NCBI GenBank assembly: GCA_018266355.1
Contig: JAFEAP010000030.1
Span: 9,481-41,480 of the forward strand
DNA: 32,000 bases
From: Bdellovibrionales bacterium
GTDB lineage: Bacteria > Bdellovibrionota > UBA1018
Direction of reading: 5' to 3'
In this document: positions 17,731 through 24,792 of the stretch, piece after piece
How the letters are laid out: each line of letters starts with the position of its first letter
How positions within the stretch are numbered: position 1 is the first letter of the stretch
The notes under the pieces: model-generated
Databases searched by the model: none
Told to the model about the DNA's origin: nothing
The model's input: only the letters and a program-made list of their open reading frames with translations
Position numbers and translations under genes: made by a program

Positions 17731-20596
17731 CGCCGCCCCCGCTTCCGTCGCCTTCTTCCTCGTCTCGATCGTCGAGGAACCGCCGCTGACCGCAGGCGTC
17801 CCGCACCAAACACGAATCGCACTCCGCGTACGGCCCGCCCGTTTTCGCCGGTTTCGGAGTCACGTGCACTTCGCCCGAGACGTACCGCCTCGTATGGGCT
17901 TCGATTTCTTCGGCGAGCTTTCCCCAAACCTCTTCCGGCGGCCGATCGACGAGCGAGCTGCTTCGCGCGGTCGTCTTCGTGAGCGTGCCCGGACCTTTCC
18001 CGTTCCACGGCGTGAAGAAAATCCCGCTTCCGCGGGAGCCTTTGCGCGTGAGTTCGATGAATTGGATCCCGAGCGGCGCCTTTTCGAAATGGCGCGCGGC
18101 CGCGAGCGCGTAGATCGGCATCTGCAACCGATACCCGAGGTCGATCATCTGCGGCGCCTTCGGCGAAACCGAAGACGTCTTGTAATCCATGAGGAAGATT
18201 CCGTCGGGATGTTCGTCGATCCGGTCCGGAATGCCCTTGATCGAGACCTGGTCCCTGCCGGCGGGCGAACCCGCGTCGCCGGAAGGAGCCGGACCTAAAT
18301 CGACGACGTACCGAAGCTCCGGTGATTCGAGCGCGAGCACTTTCGTCCGGGCGCGTTCGACGTAAGCGGCTTCCTGAACCATGAACGCTTCGAGGATCGG
18401 ACGTAACTTCCGTTTCGTGAAAGCGGCGAGGCGCTCGCTCTGGAAAAGTCCTTTCGGTCGACGATCCGCCCAGGCCGCGTCGAGCGCCTCATCGGCGGTG
18501 AGCGAGAATCGCCCGGCGTCGTCGCGCGCCTCGATCAAACGGCGGACCGCCTCGTGCAGGAGAGTGCCCCGCGCATCCGGACGCATGTCGAGGTCGGCCG
18601 GCTTGGCCTCCCCGAGCCGCCATCGCCGGAGGAGCAGGCCTTGCATTTCGCAGCGGCTGAAATATTCGAGGTCCGAGGCGCTGAGCTCCGGACGCTCGCC
18701 CGGCCGACCGAGCGGCGAAAGCCGGATCTCCCGCGGCGGTGCCGACGTCGGGTGCAGATAACTCTTCCGCCACCGCGGATGGGAATCCTTTTCGACCGGC
18801 GCGAGCGGTGCCCCGTCCGCGCCGCGGACGCCGAGCTCCTGGATGAGCGGCTCGATCGACTCGCGTTCGCGCCCGTCCCAGTCGTAGAGCGCGTCGAGGA
18901 AAAGTATTTCGCGCGCGTGCGCGAGCCAGAACTTCAAGACCCGGCGCCGGAATTCCGCCTCGTGAATGCCGGAGCGGACTTGGAAATGCCCGGAGAGGAC
19001 TTCGCGTTCGCGATCCGAATAGAAATAATCTCCCGGATTATCGCCCGTCGTATACCTCGGCGGAAGCGCGAGGCACCAGAGCTTCTCCGGATAGGACAGC
19101 GGGGTCTGGCCGAGGCGGAAGATTTCGACGCCGTTCTCGTATTGGATCTTCTCGAAAGGAGGCGTCGCATCCGCGAGCCGGAGCCGAAGCCGCTCGAGCC
19201 AATACAGGATCGGCGCTTTCCGGCGCGCTTCGCCGATCACCGCGAGATCTCCAGCGAACCGCTCCCAAACGGCGGTGAAGAACTCGTGAACCCATGCCTC
19301 GAAATCCGGATTCCTCCGGATCCAAGCGAGGTGGAACCCCGCGACCTCGTCCACGCGGATCCGCGGCGAGAACGCCTCGTTCAAGAGTTCGAGCATCGCG
19401 CGGATCCGTTCGAGCCGGTCGCCCGAGTAGGCGCCGAGCCCGGTTCGGATCCCGCGATCGAGGATCTCCTGGTGCATTTTCCGTTTTTCGGCGAATTCCG
19501 TTTCGGGATTCCCGTCGAGGCGCACCCAGCTCGAATGGAGGAATGAAATCACTTCTTCGTGACGGAATCGGCGCGCGACGACGTCGAGCGGGAGGAGCGC
19601 GACCTTCACGGACTCTTCCCACTTCAACCGCGTCGGATCGCGCGGATCCTTCAGCACGAGTCCCCGTTCGTCGAGCGCGCGCTTCAGGCTGCGGCGTACG
19701 GCCGGCAGATCCGGAAGCAACACGCCGTTCCTTCCGAGCGTGCCGGCGCGGTATTCCTCGAGGAGTCCGTCCGCGAGCCGGTCGCACGTGTCGTCGACCG
19801 TGTGCCACGCCTCCCACGTCGCCGAGAACTCCTCGTCGGGATACGCTCGTTCCATCGTCGCGAACTCGGTCCCGAGCAAGTCGGCGACGAAAATCCGCTC
19901 GACTTCCGTCCGTCTTCCGAGCGCTTCCCAGAGCGCCTCGCCCCGGCTTTCGCCCGTTTTCGCGGAAAGCACCACGATCCGCTCCGGCAGTTCGAGCGGG
20001 ATTTCGGCGGTGCCGAGCACGCCGACGGCGCCGAGGATCAGGCGCGGGAGGTCCCACGCGCGGTTCTCGTCGAGCCACGTCTCATAGGCTTCGATCACCG
20101 CCCGGATCTCGCCGCGCAGGCGTCCGCCTCCGAAGAGTTCCCGGAGTTTTTCTTCCTGGGCCTCGCGTTCCGCGGCGGAGGCGTAGGTCATGCGCGCGGA
20201 TTGGATGGTTCGGTCTAGCTTCTTGTAGAAGTCGCGCTGCCGCTTCAATCGGCGGAGTTCGGGTGCGCGCTCGGGCCCGTTCCTTTCCCATTCGCGCTCG
20301 GAAAGGATCCGTCGCAGGATTTCCTGGCGGGATGGCGCGCCGAGGACGCGGTCGCGTTCGACGAGCGGCCCGAGGACGTGGCGGCAGAGCGAGGCGACGT
20401 CCTGGATCGCGGCCGAGGTGAAACCGCGGCCGCGGGCGAGGTACCGTTCCTTCACTTCCTCACGCGAGATGCCGCTTTCGACGACGATCCACGCGCGCGG
20501 ATCGAGTCCGCCGACGGGAACGGCGTCCAACCGGGCCTCAAGCCGGGGGCTGAATCGCACGCATGAACTCCTGGTAGGCGTTTTCGAAGATCGCAA
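17723..20596 (-). CDS. addB: AddB-like PD-(D/E)XK nuclease subunit
   Basis: 957-aa ORF adjacent to and overlapping addA; C-terminal nuclease SDLEYFSRCEMQGLLLRRWRLG...GIPDRIDEHPDGIFLMDYKTSS...CDSCLVRDACG. The true start may be a TTG at 20530..20528, just after the purQ-like stop and preceded by GAGG. Confidence 0.72.
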   Translation of the reverse strand: MRSSKTPTRSSCVRFSPRLEARLDAVPVGGLDPRAWIVVESGISREEVKERYLARGRGFTSAAIQDVASLCRHVLGPLVERDRVLGAPSRQEILRRILSEREWERNGPERAPELRRLKRQRDFYKKLDRTIQSARMTYASAAEREAQEEKLRELFGGGRLRGEIRAVIEAYETWLDENRAWDLPRLILGAVGVLGTAEIPLELPERIVVLSAKTGESRGEALWEALGRRTEVERIFVADLLGTEFATMERAYPDEEFSATWEAWHTVDDTCDRLADGLLEEYRAGTLGRNGVLLPDLPAVRRSLKRALDERGLVLKDPRDPTRLKWEESVKVALLPLDVVARRFRHEEVISFLHSSWVRLDGNPETEFAEKRKMHQEILDRGIRTGLGAYSGDRLERIRAMLELLNEAFSPRIRVDEVAGFHLAWIRRNPDFEAWVHEFFTAVWERFAGDLAVIGEARRKAPILYWLERLRLRLADATPPFEKIQYENGVEIFRLGQTPLSYPEKLWCLALPPRYTTGDNPGDYFYSDREREVLSGHFQVRSGIHEAEFRRRVLKFWLAHAREILFLDALYDWDGRERESIEPLIQELGVRGADGAPLAPVEKDSHPRWRKSYLHPTSAPPREIRLSPLGRPGERPELSASDLEYFSRCEMQGLLLRRWRLGEAKPADLDMRPDARGTLLHEAVRRLIEARDDAGRFSLTADEALDAAWADRRPKGLFQSERLAAFTKRKLRPILEAFMVQEAAYVERARTKVLALESPELRYVVDLGPAPSGDAGSPAGRDQVSIKGIPDRIDEHPDGIFLMDYKTSSVSPKAPQMIDLGYRLQMPIYALAAARHFEKAPLGIQFIELTRKGSRGSGIFFTPWNGKGPGTLTKTTARSSSLVDRPPEEVWGKLAEEIEAHTRRYVSGEVHVTPKPAKTGGPYAECDSCLVRDACGQRRFLDDRDEEEGDGSGGGDD

Positions 20597-21341
20597 GGCC
20601 CTGTCCGGGCGCGTTCGCCCGTTGGGGCGCCGTCGTCCATTCGGGATGCGCCGTCCACCGGATGAAACTCTCCGGATGCGGCATGATGCCGAGGATCCGT
20701 CCGCTCAGGTCGCAAAGCCCGGCGATGTTCTCGTCGCTGCCGATCGGGTTCCCCTCGTATTTCAGGCAGTGGAGTCCCCGCCGCTGGAGCTTCACGAGGG
20801 TTTCCGTTTTGCGGTTCGGATGGATCACGATACGCGCCTCGGGATGCCGGAGCGGGAGATCGACGACGCCGAGGCCCCGAAGCCAGGTGCACGTCATGCC
20901 GATCGGCGCGACCTTCACCCATCCCTGGAGCGAACGCCCGCCCGCCCCGGCCGGCGAAGCCGTCCCGCCGTTCGAGGTCACCGAGATCTCGCGTCCGAAA
21001 ACGCCGAGCCGGATGAGCGTGTGGAACCCGCTGCCGATGCCGATCACCATCCCGCCGCGCGCGGCGTACCCGGTGAGCGTCCATCCGAGCAGGTGTTGGA
21101 TCTTGAGCGCGAGAAGCTTTCCGCTTCCGAGTTCGTCGGCGGTCGAAGCGCCGCCCGGGATAGCGAGCACCGCGTACTCCTCGGAGAGCCGTTCTTCGCG
21201 ATACCCTTCGGCGACGAGGTCGGCGAGGTTCCGAAGGTGCACTTCGAAGCCCGCGGTCGCGAAGGCTTGGGCCGTTTCGTTTTCGCTCAGGATACCGGGT
21301 CCGCGGAGCACGAGGACGCGCGGCCGTTTCACGTCGCTCAT
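20538..21341 (-). CDS. PurQ-like class I glutamine amidotransferase with nucleophile Cys replaced (supplied start 21629 corrected)
   Basis: MSDVKRPRVLVLRGPGILSENETAQAF...LAIPGGASTADELGSGK...GGMVIGIGSGFHTLIRLGVFG...GRILGIMPHPESF; PurQ-like scaffold, but canonical GxCNGFQ reads GIGSGFH. Confidence 0.8.
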   Translation of the reverse strand: MSDVKRPRVLVLRGPGILSENETAQAFATAGFEVHLRNLADLVAEGYREERLSEEYAVLAIPGGASTADELGSGKLLALKIQHLLGWTLTGYAARGGMVIGIGSGFHTLIRLGVFGREISVTSNGGTASPAGAGGRSLQGWVKVAPIGMTCTWLRGLGVVDLPLRHPEARIVIHPNRKTETLVKLQRRGLHCLKYEGNPIGSDENIAGLCDLSGRILGIMPHPESFIRWTAHPEWTTAPQRANAPGQGLAIFENAYQEFMRAIQPPA

Positions 21342-24300
21342 TCCCAGTAACCCTCCCGCTTCCACGCCTGGCGGAGCACCTTCGTCTCGATCACGAGCGA
21401 AGGCGTTTCGCCGCGACGGATCTGCACGACGCCGGTACCGGTGACCGTTCCGAGCCGAATGAACGGGATTTCGTTCGCGGCGAATTCGGTCTCGACGAGC
21501 GCGGCGTCGATTTCGCCGACGGAAACCACTAGCCCGTGGAAGCCCTCGCCGAAGAGGAATTCCCATTCCGCCGTGCGCGGCAGCCCCTCGGGGTATTGGA
21601 GCGCGACGCCCATGCCGCGGGCGATGCACCCTTCGGCGATGGCCGTGACGAGTCCGCCGTCGGAGACGTCGTGGATCGAGCGCAGCTTCTTCTGTTCCTT
21701 ACCGATCGCTCCGCCGAGCCACGCGTAAAGACGCCGGGCGGTGTCCCACTCCGGCGTCGGCGAGGTCGCGTCGGGCGGAACCGCGCCGTAAACTTCGGCG
21801 ACGAGCGAACCGGTCAAGCCGAATCGCGCGGGACCGAGAAGGTAGACGGCGTCGCCGGGGGTCTTGAAGTCGGCGCTGCGGATGCCCGCGACTTTCGTCG
21901 TGCGCGCGATCGATTGGACGACGAAGTGGAGCTTCGAATTCTGGCCGACGATCGTCTGCTGCGCGCCGTGAACGAAGGGGGTCTGGAGCTCGATCGCCGC
22001 ACGGGTCGCGCCCATGCACGCGCGGACGAGTCCGCCGCGCTGGTTCGCGTCCTGCAAATCCTTCGCGGGACAGGAGAATTGGTAGGTCAGCGCGAAAAGG
22101 AAGTCTTCCTTTCCGTAGTCTGCGCCGCACGCGATCGCGTTCCGCACGGCTTCGTCCGCGGCGAGCGCGCCCATCAGATAAGGATCGACGGCCGCCGCGC
22201 GCGGCGCGAGTCCCGTCGCGACGATGAGGCCGGCGTTCGACTGGGGTTTGAGCTTGAGCGCTCCGCCGTCGTTCGGACCGGAGTGACTCACCTCGGGCGA
22301 GACGGAAGCGACATGGAGGGGCTTGAGCGCGCTCGTGCCCTGGACCTCGTGATCGATCTGGCGAATCAGCCACTCGCGCGAACACACGTTCGGATGGCTC
22401 AGGATCCGGAGCAGCGTTTCGACGCCTTCCTTCGCGGGATCCCCCCACTCGATCGCGCGCGGGGCGCCCGGCTTCGGAGCGGGTTTCGCGCGCGTGATTT
22501 CCTCGTGCGCGCGCGGCTGGCTGCCGCGCAAGAACTTCGTATCGACGTCGACGATCCATTCTTCGCCCGCCGTCTCCGGCGCGCGCATTTGGATCCGTCC
22601 GCTCGCTCGAACCGCTCCGATCTCGGCGCCGACCATCCCCCGGCGGGACGCGAGCCCGACGACCGCTTCGACCCGCTCCTCGGGCACGATCGCGACGATC
22701 CGTTCGGCGGTTTCCGAACCGAGGATTTCCATCGGGCGCAGGCCCGAGATCTTCGTCGGCACGCGGTCGAGGTCGATCTCGACGCCGCCGAATTCGCGGG
22801 CGATTCGGGCGGCGACGCTGGCGATTCCCCCTTCGCCGCACGGGAAGAAGACCCGGTTCCAACCGAGGTCGCGCACTTCGGCGACGAGCGCCGAGAGCGA
22901 ATGCAAGAGCGTCGTATCGCAAATCTGGACGTTCGGGGTGCCGAGCATCCCCTCTTTTCCGGTCGCGGATCCGAGGATCACGAGGCGATCGCCCGCCGAG
23001 GCTTCGCGCGTTTCCGAGGGGATCCCGCCCGCGATCCGCGGAACGAGCGAGAGCGCCGAAAAGTGCGCGACCGGAGTCACGCCTTCCTTCGCGTCGAGGT
23101 AGAGCGCGCCGCCGATCGTGGGCACGCCGAGCTGGGCGCCCGCTTTCGCGATCCCGGTCTTCACGCCGTCGAGGACGCGGCGGGGATGGAGGTGGTCCTG
23201 CCCCTGGGGGACGGGGGCGTGCAGGTCGGCGGAAAAAATCACGTCGGTCGCGAGGATCGGCTTCGCGCCCCGGCCGGCGCAGATCGCGCGCAGGTAGGTT
23301 TCCGCATAGCCCATGAGCGAACCGTAGGTCGCGTCGGAGGCTACCGTCCGCGACTCGATCTCGGTTTCGACGGAGAGCAGGTCCTCCTCGTCGTACTGGA
23401 GGAGGCTCGCGCCGTTCTCGAACGCCGAGACCACCCAAGCGCGCGGGACTTCCCGCGTCGATTCTCGGAAGGTCCCCTCGATGAGGCCGTTCAGTTTCTC
23501 GGGCAGCGGCGGACCGAGCGCTTCGTCGACCTCGCGCGCGAATTCGTCCGGGACGATTTCGGCGCGCATCAGCCGCCGGAACGGAACCGAACGCCAAACC
23601 TTAGAAATCAACTCGAGCTCGACGTCCGTGACGTCGCGTTCGAAGCCGGCGCGAATCGCCTCGACCTCGTTCTCGGCGAAGGAGAATCCCTTGCGTTTGC
23701 AGAACTGCGCGACTTCCGCGTTCGTAAGGCTTCCGACCGCGAGCCGTTCGATCGGCGCGTGAAACCGGGCGGGAGCGGACTTCGGCATCTCGCGTTTCAC
23801 GCGTTCGGGATGGAAGCGCTCGGTGTGCGAGATCTCTTTTTCGGTGAGCAGGGTCCAGCTTTCGAGGAGTTCGTTCGAGAAATACTCGCGCGCGATCCGC
23901 GCGAGGTGCTCCTCGGTGAGTTGCGGGCCTTCGAGAAGGAGCATCGACCCGGTCGCGACGCGCGCTTCGGGTCCGAGCTTGCGCTTGAGCACCGCTTCGA
24001 AGGATTCGACGAGCGTGCGCGAAGCGTGGTCCGTCACGCCGAGACGGAAGCGCTTCTCGAGGGCGAAGAATTTCCCCGGCCGGTTCGGCGCCGTTTCGAG
24101 CAGATCCTCGACGTTCCCGCGCTTGCCCGCGGCGGACGGGATGAGGTTTCCGGTGAAAAGCCAGTGCAGGACGGAATCCCACAGGGTTTCCTGCGACGCG
24201 AAGATGAGCTCTTCGCGCGTAAGCGGCAGATCGAGCCAATACACGGTCATCGACCGCACCCACCGTACGAGTTTCCGCAGGTGCGGATCGGTCATCTCCA

Positions 24301-24373
24301 TCCGACGGAGAAGCGGCCCGGCCAAAGGGTCGGCATACTCGGGTTTCAGGGCGACTTCGATGCGCGCGAACAT
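21338..24373 (-). CDS. PurL-like protein (divergent phosphoribosylformylglycinamidine synthase large-subunit paralog)
   Basis: 1011-aa ORF; PurS-like N-terminal segments (LGVTDHASRTLVESFEAVL), TDVELELISKVW, VETEIESR...GRGAKPI, GVPTIGG, VILGSATGKEGMLGT, GGVEIDLDRVPTKISGLRPMEILGSETAERI, SIHDVSDGGLVTAIAEGC. Confidence 0.8.
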   Translation of the reverse strand: MFARIEVALKPEYADPLAGPLLRRMEMTDPHLRKLVRWVRSMTVYWLDLPLTREELIFASQETLWDSVLHWLFTGNLIPSAAGKRGNVEDLLETAPNRPGKFFALEKRFRLGVTDHASRTLVESFEAVLKRKLGPEARVATGSMLLLEGPQLTEEHLARIAREYFSNELLESWTLLTEKEISHTERFHPERVKREMPKSAPARFHAPIERLAVGSLTNAEVAQFCKRKGFSFAENEVEAIRAGFERDVTDVELELISKVWRSVPFRRLMRAEIVPDEFAREVDEALGPPLPEKLNGLIEGTFRESTREVPRAWVVSAFENGASLLQYDEEDLLSVETEIESRTVASDATYGSLMGYAETYLRAICAGRGAKPILATDVIFSADLHAPVPQGQDHLHPRRVLDGVKTGIAKAGAQLGVPTIGGALYLDAKEGVTPVAHFSALSLVPRIAGGIPSETREASAGDRLVILGSATGKEGMLGTPNVQICDTTLLHSLSALVAEVRDLGWNRVFFPCGEGGIASVAARIAREFGGVEIDLDRVPTKISGLRPMEILGSETAERIVAIVPEERVEAVVGLASRRGMVGAEIGAVRASGRIQMRAPETAGEEWIVDVDTKFLRGSQPRAHEEITRAKPAPKPGAPRAIEWGDPAKEGVETLLRILSHPNVCSREWLIRQIDHEVQGTSALKPLHVASVSPEVSHSGPNDGGALKLKPQSNAGLIVATGLAPRAAAVDPYLMGALAADEAVRNAIACGADYGKEDFLFALTYQFSCPAKDLQDANQRGGLVRACMGATRAAIELQTPFVHGAQQTIVGQNSKLHFVVQSIARTTKVAGIRSADFKTPGDAVYLLGPARFGLTGSLVAEVYGAVPPDATSPTPEWDTARRLYAWLGGAIGKEQKKLRSIHDVSDGGLVTAIAEGCIARGMGVALQYPEGLPRTAEWEFLFGEGFHGLVVSVGEIDAALVETEFAANEIPFIRLGTVTGTGVVQIRRGETPSLVIETKVLRQAWKREGYWE

Positions 24374-24443
24374 CAGAGAAGCCTAACAGAGTCGTTAACT
24401 TGACTCGGAGCGATATCCTTTGGGGAACTAACCGTCCGGCGAC

Positions 24444-24473
24444 TTGCAATCTCCGGAATTTGCCCCCTACACT
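24444..24473 (+). promoter_or_regulatory. Candidate promoter TTGCAA-18 bp-TACACT, 6 nt upstream of ATG 24480
   Basis: TTGCAA 24444-24449, TACACT 24468-24473, no Shine-Dalgarno before the ATG. Confidence 0.4.
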
Positions 24474-24479
24474 GTCTGC

Positions 24480-24707
24480 ATGAGTCAGAAAGACAGCAGT
24501 CCCGTGACGGGTGTGATCGAGGAAAATCTCGTGATCCTGGATTTCGGTAAGTACGAAGGCAAGTCGGTCGAAGAAATCGCCCGCCTCGATCCGGAGTTCT
24601 ACGACAAGCTCGCTTCCGAAAAGGAGAACGGAGTCTTCGCGATCCGCCGTCAGCGCGACAAGACCTTCCGCCTTTACGTGAATCCGCTCTCGAACATGGA
24701 TCACTAG
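24480..24707 (+). CDS. Small (75 aa) protein, similar in look to DUF3820 / exodeoxyribonuclease X C-terminal-like proteins
   Basis: MSQKDSSPVTGVIEENLVILDFGKYEGKSVEEIARLDPEFYDKLASEKENGVFAIRRQRDKTFRLYVNPLSNMDH; FGKYEGKSVEEI...DPEFYDKL motif. Confidence 0.65.
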   Translation: MSQKDSSPVTGVIEENLVILDFGKYEGKSVEEIARLDPEFYDKLASEKENGVFAIRRQRDKTFRLYVNPLSNMDH

Positions 24708-24734
24708 ACGTCGGATCCGACCGCGAAAAAGTTC

Positions 24735-24767
24735 GAGGCTCGACCGGGGTTTCCCCGATCGAGCCTC
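24735..24767. terminator. Strong hairpin terminator between convergent genes (possibly bidirectional)
   Basis: GAGGCTCGA (24735-24743) / TCGAGCCTC (24759-24767), inner CGGGG-TTT-CCCCG stem; a T5 run on the minus strand at 24730..24726. Confidence 0.6.
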
Positions 24768-24792
24768 TCTCGTTTCAGATTCTCGATTCCGA

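Noticed and set aside
21033-21035. Treating the Cys to Gly change in the PurQ-like protein as mere sequencing error
   Set aside because: TGC to GGC is a single base change so error is possible, but the next residue is also non-canonical (S for N) and the adjacent PurL-like protein has independent loss of several motifs, so error is not the simplest explanation.
21342-21629. N-terminal extension of the PurQ-like gene in the supplied ORF
   Set aside because: Overlaps PurL-like coding sequence out of frame; the PurQ-like fold starts at MSDVKRPRVLVLRG.
21536-24403. 955-aa plus-strand ORF
   Set aside because: Antisense to the PurL-like gene; no domain recognised and biased composition.
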